In this document: piece by piece, positions 21,174 through 29,783 of the stretch
Numbering within the stretch: position 1 is the first letter of the stretch
Layout: every line of letters starts with the position of its first letter
Assembly: GCA_964597355.1 (NCBI GenBank)
Contig: CAZQWS010000002.1
Location: forward strand, 34,262 to 98,261
Origin: an uncultured Bdellovibrionales bacterium
GTDB lineage: Bacteria; Patescibacteriota; Minisyncoccia; Moranbacterales; UBA1568
Direction of reading: 5' to 3'
DNA length: 64,000 nucleotides
The notes under the pieces: model-generated
Database searches by the model: none
What the model was told of the DNA's origin: nothing
The model's input: only the letters and a program-made list of their open reading frames with translations
Position numbers and translations under genes: made by a program

Positions 21174-21815
21174 TTAGATTTTTCCAACGAGATCAATACT
21201 TGGCTTCAAGGTCTTACTGCCTTTTTTCCAGTTAGCAGGACAAACTTCGCCGTGGTGTTCACGAACGAAGATAGCTGCCTCGAGTTTGCGCAAGAGTTCA
21301 TCAGCTGAGCGGCCGACATTATTGGCGTGCACTTCATAGGCCTGGAGTATGCCGTCTGGATCAATCACGAAACTACCGCGGAGAGCGAGGCCGGCATCCT
21401 CCCCTTCGTCGATATAGACACCAAAAGTTTTAGAAATTTCTCCACTTGGATCAGCCACCATTGGGTAGGCAAGTGTTTTAATCGCTGGCGAATGGTCGTG
21501 CCAAGCTTTGTGGGTAAATTTGGTGTCAGTCGAAACCGAGAGGACCTCAGCGCCAAATGCTTGGAACTTTTTATAATTCTTTTGCATTTCTTCAAGTTCA
21601 GTAGGACATACAAACGTGAAGTCGGCTGGGTAGAAGAATACAACAATCCATGTGCCCTTGTAATCAGAAAAATGAGCGTGGCTAAATTTTTCTTGGTGGT
21701 AATAATCGAACTCAAGATTGGGCACGCGCTTTCCAATAACAGGAAAAAATCCGAGCTCGTTAGGCACAGTCTCGTCTTCGCAACAACCCCCACCACAACA
21801 ATTATCTTGGTACAT
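21174..21815 (-). CDS. ahpC: 2-Cys peroxiredoxin AhpC with Cys-rich N-terminal extension
   Basis: FFYPADFTFVCPTE and GEVCPANW. Confidence 0.94.
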   Translation of the reverse strand: MYQDNCCGGGCCEDETVPNELGFFPVIGKRVPNLEFDYYHQEKFSHAHFSDYKGTWIVVFFYPADFTFVCPTELEEMQKNYKKFQAFGAEVLSVSTDTKFTHKAWHDHSPAIKTLAYPMVADPSGEISKTFGVYIDEGEDAGLALRGSFVIDPDGILQAYEVHANNVGRSADELLRKLEAAIFVREHHGEVCPANWKKGSKTLKPSIDLVGKI

Positions 21816-21970
21816 ATATTTGAAAAAGTTAAGAGTAAAATTTTAGCTTTTCGCCAGATTTTTTTCTCAAAAAATCATTGGTGTTTCATCATGATAGAGA
21901 GTGCCTTTTGACCTGTCAAATAGGTCTTCAGGATAAGCCTTTTCTGCGTCAAAAGTAACCGCAGAAACTA

Positions 21971-21996
21971 CATACATACTACTTGTAGTATGTATG
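21971..21996. promoter_or_regulatory. Palindromic operator, NrdR-box-like
   Basis: CATACATACTAC-TT-GTAGTATGTATG; core ATACTACTTGTAGTAT resembles the NrdR box and lies upstream of the ahpC-sod-nrdAB run. Confidence 0.5.
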
Positions 21997-22142
21997 CTGA
22001 TTATCAGCATACTACCTTACTTTTGACTCCTCTTCCCAAAGTTACAGAAAGTACGTCGAGTATTGGGACAATCTGTGTATAAGACTTTTTGGCAATTTTC
22101 TCCTTAAAACGTGCTACAATCGGAGGACAATAAATCCTTGTT

Positions 22143-23183
22143 ATGACACAACGAAAAGGAAAAAAAGTAAATCAATCCGTAAGCCCGCTCACGCAGACGG
22201 AAGTACGGGTAGTCAAACTTCGCTTGGTTGGTAAGCGGCTGGATCAGTTTTTGACCTTAGAATTTCCAGAACTTTCTCGGGAAAAAATGAAACTTCTTAT
22301 TGCTGATGGGCAGATATGGGTAGATGGGAAAATAGTGACACGACCCAATATCCGATTAACGCTCGGTATGAAAGTGGCGTGGTCCAAGACGGCAAGGAAG
22401 ATTTTGGTAAGGGAAAGTATCAAAAACGAGTCACCGGAAATGACGACATCTCTAGTCGTGGTCATAGCTGAAACTGATGATTTTCTTGTTTTGAACAAAC
22501 CAGCTGGTCTTTCCATGCATCCAGTGAGAAAAGGACAGAGAAATACCCTCACAGACTGGTTATCTACGCGTTATCCACATATTGTTGGGGTAGGTGAAGT
22601 GCCAGAGCGGCCTGGTATGGTACATCGTCTTGATAAAGACACGTCCGGTATCGTGCTCATTGCCAAGCATCAGAAAGCATTTATGGCTTTAAAAAGCCTT
22701 TTTCAAGAGAGAAAAATAAGAAAAGAGTATTTAGCATTGGTGTATGGAACGGTTGCAAGCCCGAGTGGAGTAATAGATAAGCCCTTGGGACGAGTCAAAG
22801 GAAGTATTCGACGGGCTACACCTGATGGAAAACGAACTTTTGGTGGAGCACTACGGGAAGCAGAGACAGAATATGTCTTACACACACGTTATCCACAGTA
22901 CGATTTGCTCTCTATTAAGCCAAAAACAGGCAGAACCCATCAAATTCGGGTCCACCTCGCTTCTCTAGGGCATCCTATCGTTGGTGATAAATTGTATCGT
23001 TTCAAAGAACACCGGCAAGATCCGCTTGTCCCTCTTTTTCAACTCCTTCATGCTGAAAGCGTGCGATTTCGTCTCTCCGGAAAGAACTATCGCTTCGAAG
23101 CCCCCCTTCCCGCCTATTTTCAGGATACCCTCTCTATTTTGGCTCTCCAAAAAGCCGAAAATGATGCCTCTCACCCATCTTGA
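22143..23183 (+). CDS. RluA/RluD-family pseudouridine synthase
   Basis: S4 domain RLDQFL, NKPAGL, VHRLDKDTSG, TGRTHQIRVH, GDKLY. Confidence 0.95.
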   Translation: MTQRKGKKVNQSVSPLTQTEVRVVKLRLVGKRLDQFLTLEFPELSREKMKLLIADGQIWVDGKIVTRPNIRLTLGMKVAWSKTARKILVRESIKNESPEMTTSLVVVIAETDDFLVLNKPAGLSMHPVRKGQRNTLTDWLSTRYPHIVGVGEVPERPGMVHRLDKDTSGIVLIAKHQKAFMALKSLFQERKIRKEYLALVYGTVASPSGVIDKPLGRVKGSIRRATPDGKRTFGGALREAETEYVLHTRYPQYDLLSIKPKTGRTHQIRVHLASLGHPIVGDKLYRFKEHRQDPLVPLFQLLHAESVRFRLSGKNYRFEAPLPAYFQDTLSILALQKAENDASHPS

Positions 23184-23392
23184 ACCGTGGCTATTCTCTA
23201 GCTCGGTCTTTGGCCTTGAGGAAGATTGACACAAAGTGTTGACTGCATCTCTGGCCGAAGGTAAAAAATGGCTAGACCCGAGAGCAGGGTTGGGGTTGAC
23301 GGATTTTGGTTTGCCAGCTAGAATTGGAGCACTCAATACCCAAGCCCATAGAGACGGGGTATTTCTTTTTCCGGATCATTTTTTCTTACTTT

Positions 23393-23872
23393 ATGCGCCA
23401 AGAACTCATAAAATTCAATGCAACTCTTCGGGCTAAACGAACTGACCTTCCTGAGTTTCAAGCTGGAGACGTGGTCAAGATTTATCGTAATATCAAAGAA
23501 GGAGGCAAAGAACGCAAGCAAATGTTTCAGGGCATGGTGATTGCCATCAAGGGTGGCCAAAGCTCCTCCCCTGTTGTTACCGTACGGAAAGTCTCTTCGG
23601 GGGTAGGGGTAGAATTGGTGCTTCCTATCCTTTCTGCTCAAATCGACAAGATTGAGCTTGTGAAGCGCACCAAGGCTCGCCGTGGCAAGCTCTACTATGT
23701 CCGTACCAAGAGTGCCAAGGTGATCGGTAAGAAGCTCAAAGAAGTGGCTTTTGAAATTGGCAAGGCTGGTAAGGAAGTGAAAGACGTAGTGAAAGAAGTG
23801 AAAGAAGCGGCTCAGGCGGAAGCTTCAGCTGAAGCTGTAGCAGCCGGAGAAACTCCCAAGGCTGATCAATAA
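23393..23872 (+). CDS. rplS: 50S ribosomal protein L19
   Basis: PEFQAGDVVKI, EGGKERKQMFQG, TVRKVSSGVGVE, RRGKLYY; start moved to ATG 23393. Confidence 0.96.
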   Translation: MRQELIKFNATLRAKRTDLPEFQAGDVVKIYRNIKEGGKERKQMFQGMVIAIKGGQSSSPVVTVRKVSSGVGVELVLPILSAQIDKIELVKRTKARRGKLYYVRTKSAKVIGKKLKEVAFEIGKAGKEVKDVVKEVKEAAQAEASAEAVAAGETPKADQ

Positions 23873-24042
23873 GAAGACTGAGTGCTCGAAAAACGCACTC
23901 TTTTCTTTTTTGTCATCACGCTTTAGAGTAGGTTTATGTCTAGATGTTCTCCTTCGCTAAAGCTATGAAGGAACCAAAGGTGAGAGATTTTAGCACAAGG
24001 AGTTTGGGTAAGTTAGCCCTACGAAGTTTTAACGTAGTACGG

Positions 24043-24126
24043 GCCCAGGTGGCGGAATTGGTATACGCGCTAGCTTGAGGTGCTAGTTCCCGCAAGGGAT
24101 TGGAGGTTCGAGTCCTCTCTTGGGCA
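24043..24126 (+). tRNA. tRNA-Leu(GAG)
   Basis: Cloverleaf; anticodon arm CTAGC-TTGAGGT-GCTAG; long variable arm; GGTTCGAGTCC. Confidence 0.95.
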
Positions 24127-24136
24127 CAGAAAAGGC

Positions 24137-24160
24137 AAAGGGCGGCAAGCCCTTTTTCTT
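24137..24160 (+). terminator. Intrinsic terminator after tRNA-Leu
   Basis: AAAGGGC-GGCAA-GCCCTTT followed by a T run. Confidence 0.6.
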
Positions 24161-24178
24161 TTGCTAGAATAGATATAC

Positions 24179-24263
24179 GCGTGCTTAGCTCAGTTGGTTA
24201 GAACATCTCGTTTACCCACCAGAAACGCTCTGCGTATGCGGTGCGGGCGGGCACCGAGAGGTT
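24179..24263 (+). pseudogene. Interrupted, 3'-truncated tRNA-Val(TAC) with a 37-nt palindromic insert in the anticodon
   Basis: GCGTGCTTAGCTCAGTTGGTTAGAACATCTCGTTTA[insert 24215-24251]CACCGAGAGG matches the next tRNA-Val apart from the acceptor strand and one D-stem base; no T arm or 3' acceptor strand. Confidence 0.8.
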
Positions 24264-24337
24264 GGGCAGTTAGCTCAGTTGGTTAGAGCATCTCGTTTAC
24301 ACCGAGAGGGTCAGAGGTTCGAGTCCTCTACTGCCCA
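24264..24337 (+). tRNA. tRNA-Val(TAC)
   Basis: Acceptor GGGCAGT/ACTGCCC; TCTCG-TTTACAC-CGAGA; AGAGG-TTCGAGT-CCTCT. Confidence 0.95.
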
Positions 24338-24397
24338 CACAGGACAAGTATTGATTTTTTTTCTCGTTCAGGGATAATGGGAAATGTTTCGTTATAG

Positions 24398-24469
24398 GCC
24401 GGGGTAGCTCAGTGGTAGAGCGAAAGACTGAAAATCTTTGCGTCGGCAGTTCAATTCTGCCCCCCGGCA
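24398..24469 (+). tRNA. tRNA-Phe(GAA)
   Basis: GCCGGGG/CCCCGGC; AAAGA-CTGAAAA-TCTTT. Confidence 0.95.
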
Positions 24470-24490
24470 CAGGTTCTTGTTTTATATCGA

Positions 24491-24563
24491 GGGTCCGTAG
24501 CTCAGCGGTTAGAGCGGGCGACTCATAATCGCTTGGTCGATGGTTCGATTCCATCCGGACCCA
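24491..24563 (+). tRNA. tRNA with CAT anticodon, most likely tRNA-Ile2 (lysidine)
   Basis: GGCGA-CTCATAA-TCGCT arm as in Ile2-type tRNAs; tilS is present in the window. Confidence 0.88.
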
Positions 24564-24683
24564 CGGAAGAGTTGAAAAAGAAAGAAGAAAAATGTAAAAT
24601 TTGTGCCAGATCAAAGTTGAAGCGGGCCTGCCCGCCGAAAGCTTTGCAAAGGTCGCCGCCACCAAGGTTTTGGCGGACTATAA

Positions 24684-24758
24684 GCGGGTATCGTATAGCG
24701 GCTATTATGAGTCCTTGCCAAGGACTAGATAGGGGTTCGACTCCCCTTACCCGCTCCA
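24684..24758 (+). tRNA. tRNA-Gly(GCC), CCA encoded
   Basis: GCGGGTA/TACCCGC; AGTCC-TTGCCAA-GGACT; AGGGG-TTCGACT-CCCCT. Confidence 0.95.
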
Positions 24759-24950
24759 AAATAAAACAAGCGCCCATAAGGACGCTTGTTTTATTTCTTG
24801 GGTTGATAGGGAGTCGAACGGGTGGGAGCGAGACGAGTTTCCTTTCAACAGGAAGGAAGCGATGACGAGTGTCGACGGATGCGAATGAATGAGCATTCGG
24901 CGCCACCCAGGACAAGGAATGAGTGAGCGACGGCGAACGAGTGACGCGAA

Positions 24951-24967
24951 ACTCCCCTTACCCGCTC
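24951..24967 (+). repeat. 17-bp direct repeat of the tRNA-Gly 3' end (att-like)
   Basis: ACTCCCCTTACCCGCTC identical to 24740-24756. Confidence 0.9.
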
Positions 24968-25109
24968 ACCCAAGAAACAAGGCTTATCAAAGCCTTGTTT
25001 TTTTGCTACCCCTAAACGGAGTCGAACTGAGGGTGGACAAGATGAAAAAAGTATAGTATTCTACACTGTCCAATTTGGACAAATAGCAACTTAAGAAAGA
25101 GGTAATACC

Positions 25110-25592
25110 GTGGAAAACATAGTTCTGTCCGACCTCCCTAATGCCCTCGTTTACGCCGAGCGCATCATTTCGGTGGCGGTGGATCTTCTGCGTCGAAATG
25201 GCCAGTCAGATAAGGAGGGTGGCTACTTCGCTGTCTTCGAAATCGGTCGTGCCAATCTGGTGTTGCTTGCTTCGATCGGCTACAACCTGCAAAGCAAGAT
25301 CGAAGGTCGGCAACAGGTTTCTCAGGAGAAGTGCACCCGCATCTTGGCGAATGGTCACCCAACGAGCTACGAGAGCAGGGAGCCTGTAGCTGGTCGCTGG
25401 GGTGGTGCGGTGCGTGGAGAGGGGTACATCTTCAGCTTCTCTGGTCTGCCCGAACTCTGGGATGAAGCAGCGATGTTCGTGCTCGCCATCAAGCTCGGTC
25501 AACTGCACAAGAGCGAAGTCTTGAGGCAGATCAGCGAAGAACGCAATCCCCACCTCCGGCCGCTCCTCGAAGCGTGCCACTGGACAGAGTAA
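25110..25592 (+). CDS. Hypothetical protein, possibly GlcG/HbpS (haem-degrading)-like fold
   Basis: SD GAGG before GTG; EK...WGGAV...FSFSG....DE loosely matches the family. Confidence 0.5.
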   Translation: MENIVLSDLPNALVYAERIISVAVDLLRRNGQSDKEGGYFAVFEIGRANLVLLASIGYNLQSKIEGRQQVSQEKCTRILANGHPTSYESREPVAGRWGGAVRGEGYIFSFSGLPELWDEAAMFVLAIKLGQLHKSEVLRQISEERNPHLRPLLEACHWTE

Positions 25593-25913
25593 CGTCTCGG
25601 CCATCGGTCATAAAGCAAGGAGAGCCTGACCAGCTCTCTTTAAATTTTTATATACTACAAATTTTGAAAACTTCAGTCCTTATCATACCTATCATCTAGC
25701 TCCAATAAATAAGCCATGCTGAGGAAATGGTTTTGTTTTTGGTGGATAACCAAATTGACAAAAGATAGAAGAAGAATAGGATGAAAGTGTTTTAACGAGC
25801 AAGCAGTACGCTCGCTAGAACCTTCTGTAAAAGCAAGAAGAAAAATTGCCTAGAAACCAAAGAGAAGATGGCTGATTTTTCTTTTGGATTACTCAGTACC
25901 TTGGGAGATTGAG

Positions 25914-26567
25914 ATGAATGTACTTGTACCGAGAATGAAAGTTTGGCTCAGAGCACAATTGCACTATCTCCGAATTCGAATTTTGGGAAAGAATGCGGAA
26001 GAGCGGTCCTTTGAAACTTTGGCCCCCCGACTTGCCGAAGCGGCTGGCATGTCAGTTGCGAGCTCGCCTCAGGAACTGGCGACTGGCTTTTTGTCCGCGT
26101 TAGATTTTCTTCGTGAGGAAGAACAAGGATGGCAACGATTTGCTTTTTTTGCTTGTACCATTACTGGTTTACCGGTCAACGTCTCTCCGCAGCAGCTAAT
26201 CCAAGCCTGCTTTGAGGAGTTGGACCGTCGGCTCTATCTACAGCCGCCGTCTCTCGAAACAAGAACAATACAAGTAGCACGGGCTTGGGAGGTGTTGAGA
26301 CCATACCTGGAAAGTTTGGCTCGCGGAGCTCATATATCGCCAGAAGCTCCTCCTGAAGAGCTCGCGACTGGCGCAGTGAGAACGCTGGGTCAGCTGGTTG
26401 AACACTACACACACTTGGATGAGAGGGACAAGTGTAATCGACGTTACCTCAGGCTACTTGTTAAAGCGGGCGTCATCAATCCCGAACATGCCCGCACAGA
26501 CCAAGGGGTCGCAGAACTACGCCAAGCCCTGGTACGCTTACAGGAGGCAGACCTAGTCAAAGAGTGA
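25914..26567 (+). CDS. Orphan helical protein with internal repeats
   Basis: Own TTGACA promoter (25755); GGGAG SD before ATG 25914; repeats SPQELATG/PPEELATG. Confidence 0.55.
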   Translation: MNVLVPRMKVWLRAQLHYLRIRILGKNAEERSFETLAPRLAEAAGMSVASSPQELATGFLSALDFLREEEQGWQRFAFFACTITGLPVNVSPQQLIQACFEELDRRLYLQPPSLETRTIQVARAWEVLRPYLESLARGAHISPEAPPEELATGAVRTLGQLVEHYTHLDERDKCNRRYLRLLVKAGVINPEHARTDQGVAELRQALVRLQEADLVKE

Positions 26568-26823
26568 GCCCTACTCATAATTTCTCAAACCTTGAGTCTG
26601 ACTACCTATCAGGGAGGAAATTTCCCCACTGATGGTCGGTAACTATGTATCAGAGCCTCCACAGGGTTATCACCCTAAGGAGGCTTTTGTTTTTTGGATG
26701 GATTTACTGCGTGGAATAAACGCAGTGCTACACCTTCACCGAGCTAGCTGATAGATACTTTGGTTTTTGGGCCTATCAACTAATTATCGGTAGTGGTATA
26801 CTAAAGACACTTATCCATAACTT

Positions 26824-27207
26824 ATGGACAAAACTTTTCAAAGAAAACGTATATTACTTATTGATGATGAGGCCTATCTGCGGGAGATTTATGATATAGA
26901 GCTCACTCAGGAGGGTTTTGAAGTGCTTTTGGCGGTCAATGGTGAAGAAGGCCTAGCGTCTATTCGGAAAGAAAAACCGGATGCTATTCTCCTCGATCTC
27001 CAAATGCCTGGGAAGAATGGTTTTGATGTGCTTCGGGCTTTGGGGGAAGATCAAGAACTCAAGATGATTCCGGTGATTGTCCTCTCGAACGCGGATGAAG
27101 AAGAGACATTCAAGAAGGTAGGTGAATTTGAAACACGCTTTTATCTCGTCAAAGCCCTCACTACCCCGCCAAAGGTAGCCAAAATTCTCCGTGAGGTGAT
27201 TAAGTAA
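26824..27207 (+). CDS. Stand-alone response regulator (receiver domain only)
   Basis: ILLIDDE, LLDLQMPGKNG, VIVLSN, YLVK. Confidence 0.93.
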   Translation: MDKTFQRKRILLIDDEAYLREIYDIELTQEGFEVLLAVNGEEGLASIRKEKPDAILLDLQMPGKNGFDVLRALGEDQELKMIPVIVLSNADEEETFKKVGEFETRFYLVKALTTPPKVAKILREVIK

Positions 27208-27567
27208 GGCTAAGAAGTAAGGATTCATGAGCTAGGAGCGAGAAAGAGAAAAATCCCTATTAAGGGATTTTTTGTTTAGGTTTTGAGGATGGATGGTAAT
27301 TTTTCGTCCATTGGAATAAAACGAACCGAGAGAGAATTCACATAGTGGCGGAAAATATAGGTGTCGTCTTCAAAAAAAACGGCCATATTCGCCCTGAAAT
27401 GGGGCTTCGGTGCCTTGTTTGAAGATTATGCAACCTTCTCTTTTTGGTTAAGGCGATTGTAGGACATAGCTTTCTATAATAGTATGGTATTTTGGCTTAT
27501 CTAAGCCGTATATTTGTACACCACCCTCTTTTTAAAGGGCGCAAGTATTAAAAGCAGCCATTTACTG

Positions 27568-27597
27568 TTGACAGAATTATAAAAATATGCTACAATG
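27568..27597 (+). promoter_or_regulatory. sigma70 promoter of the 3D-domain gene
   Basis: TTGACA followed by extended -10 TGCTACAAT. Confidence 0.65.
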
Positions 27598-27681
27598 GTC
27601 GGTCGTGGTGAAAAACCAGACTCAGTTGGATCAAGAAGTTGTTTGTTTCTCTCCCAACTGGCTTATGTGTAAAGATACTCT

Positions 27682-28224
27682 ATGCGTCTTACCAAAGTGC
27701 TGGAAGTAGCAGCTATTATCGGTATCGCCCTTCTACCTGCTTTCGTAAAGGCCGAAGTGACTACAGAGCTTCCCCTTTCGTCCCAGTATGACTTCAAAAA
27801 TGACCCCTTCCTTGTAGACTGGATCTTTATTGAGTCAGTGAAGGAGAAGGAGATTCCTCAGGAGCTTACCAAGGAAGATAAGACGCTCTTGCGTTGGAAA
27901 GAAAAGCAAGCTAAGCTCTGGGACACCATCGAATTTGGAAAAGAGTTTACGGTGAATGCTTCGGCGTATACCGCGGCTGCCGATGAATGTGGGAAGTCTG
28001 ACGGTATCACCGCTTCTGGTTTGAAAGTTGCTGAAAAACGTACGCTTGCTTGTCCTCGTGAGTTTCCTTTCGGAACCAAGCTTAAGATCGAGGGATTGGG
28101 TGAGTACCGTTGTGAAGACCGCGGTGGCGCGATCAAGGGTAACAAGATCGATATCTACGTGGAGACCAAGAAGGAGGCGTTTGCCTTCGGTCGCCAGAAC
28201 CTCACCGCTGAGATTATTCAATAA
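27682..28224 (+). CDS. Secreted 3D-domain protein (MltA-like/Sps peptidoglycan remodelling)
   Basis: Signal peptide; ASAYT, GITASG, PFGTKL, EDRGGAIKGNKIDIY. Confidence 0.9.
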   Translation: MRLTKVLEVAAIIGIALLPAFVKAEVTTELPLSSQYDFKNDPFLVDWIFIESVKEKEIPQELTKEDKTLLRWKEKQAKLWDTIEFGKEFTVNASAYTAAADECGKSDGITASGLKVAEKRTLACPREFPFGTKLKIEGLGEYRCEDRGGAIKGNKIDIYVETKKEAFAFGRQNLTAEIIQ

Positions 28225-28315
28225 GGAAGAAGGTCCTCTCTCAAGAGGGCCTTTTCCTTTTATTGACGCTCCCCGCTCCCTTTGCTAGGCTTCACATGTT
28301 ATAGAATAGGAATAA

Positions 28316-28386
28316 GGTCGCGTGGCCGAGCGGTTAGGCACGGGTCTGCAAAACCCTTTACTCCGGTTCAACTCCGGACGCGACCT
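28316..28386 (+). tRNA. tRNA-Cys(GCA)
   Basis: GGTCGCG/CGCGACC; GGGT-CTGCAAA-ACCC; TCCGG-TTCAACT-CCGGA. Confidence 0.93.
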
Positions 28387-28458
28387 CTAAGTTTATTAGA
28401 GTGACGGCCCGCCCCGTCTTCAACTCTGGCGGATAAAAATGGTACACATTAAAAATTC

Positions 28459-28540
28459 GGGCGAGTGGTGGAATGGTATACACGCGACACTTAAAATGTT
28501 GTGCCCAAAAGGCATGAGGGTTCGAGTCCCTCCTCGCCCA
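28459..28540 (+). tRNA. tRNA-Leu(TAA)
   Basis: GGGCGAG/CTCGCCC; CGACA-CTTAAAA-TGTTG; long variable arm. Confidence 0.93.
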
Positions 28541-28573
28541 CCTTTGCTACAATAAAGAAAAAGAAATATACAT

Positions 28574-29680
28574 ATGGGCTTGGCTGCCTTTTTGATCATT
28601 ATCCAATCTTTGATTCTTTTGGTGCACTGGATCGTGTTTCGATCCATGGCACACTATTTTTCTTTTGACAGCGTAACCACCCAATTCTTTTGTGGGTTTT
28701 TTGTTCTACTCTCATTTTCATTCTTGTTTTCCAATATCTCTACCCGTTTCTTTCCAGGCACCTTTACCCGCTTCCTGTATTTTTTTTCTGCTATCTGGTT
28801 AGGCACTATCCATTTTCTTTTCCTTGGAGCGGTAGCCATAGCTCTTCTCCAACTGGCTTCCAGTTTTCTTCTTCTCCCCATGCCAGTTTGGGTAGTCTAT
28901 ACCCTCTATCTCGCAGCTTTTTTCTTGAGCTTGATTAGCCTCTCACAGTCTTATGATATTCACGTAACCAGAAAATCAGTTGCTCTCCCCAATCTTCCCA
29001 GTGCATGGCAAGGTAAGAAAACGGTATTCTTTGCGGATACGCATTATGGCAGTATCCATCGTGAGCGAGTGGCGATGGAGACTGTCAGATTGATTGAAAA
29101 AGAAAATCCATCACTCATCCTCATGGGAGGAGACTTCTTCGATGGTCCGCCAATTAATCCAGATCTGGTCACTCATCCCTATCGAGAACTGGCGAAAAAA
29201 GTAACCACCTTTTTTGTTTCGGGAAACCATGAAGAGTACGGTAAAAAAGCAGACTTTCTACGTTCGCTTGAAGAGCATGGTTTTCGAATTGTGAATGATA
29301 AAAAAGTAGTGGTGGATGGCCTGCAAATTGTTGGCCTCGATTTTATGACGACCCGTACTCATGCTGCGACCGAAATGACTTTGAAACACCTAGAGCTCGA
29401 TCGCAATCTGCCCACTATCGTGTTGAAACATATTCCTCGTCATATGGAAGCTATTGAAGCGGCTGGCGGACACCTCATGCTTTCCGGTCACACCCACCAG
29501 GGCCAAGTCTGGCCAGCGAGTCTCATCACCCGCTACATCTACCGTGGGTACGATTATGGTTTGAAGGCATATAAAAACTTGCAGGTCTATACCACGAGCG
29601 GTACTGGCAGTTGGGGACCACCACAGCGTTTTGGTACCCAAGCAGAAATCGTGGTGTTTACCCTTGAAGAAAAGAAGTAA
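28574..29680 (+). CDS. Membrane-anchored metallophosphoesterase (YkuE/YaeI-like)
   Basis: N-terminal TMs; DTH, GGDFFD, GNHE, H-P, SGHTHQGQ. Confidence 0.9.
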   Translation: MGLAAFLIIIQSLILLVHWIVFRSMAHYFSFDSVTTQFFCGFFVLLSFSFLFSNISTRFFPGTFTRFLYFFSAIWLGTIHFLFLGAVAIALLQLASSFLLLPMPVWVVYTLYLAAFFLSLISLSQSYDIHVTRKSVALPNLPSAWQGKKTVFFADTHYGSIHRERVAMETVRLIEKENPSLILMGGDFFDGPPINPDLVTHPYRELAKKVTTFFVSGNHEEYGKKADFLRSLEEHGFRIVNDKKVVVDGLQIVGLDFMTTRTHAATEMTLKHLELDRNLPTIVLKHIPRHMEAIEAAGGHLMLSGHTHQGQVWPASLITRYIYRGYDYGLKAYKNLQVYTTSGTGSWGPPQRFGTQAEIVVFTLEEKK

Positions 29681-29783
29681 AAGTTCTAGACGGGAAAACT
29701 TTTTCTTGATACACTTCCTTTTCTAGTCCAGCACTCCTCTCAGGAGAGCTTTTACCAACTCGCTGTTTTGAGAGGAGTGAAGC

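Noticed and set aside
24297-24915. ORFs overlapping the tRNA cluster, also 28420-28647 and 32832-33192
   Set aside because: Shadow ORFs of tRNA genes.
27597-27681. c-di-AMP (ydaO) riboswitch before the 3D-domain gene
   Set aside because: The leader is short and has only simple hairpins (CAGTTGG/CCAACTG); conserved riboswitch motifs are absent.
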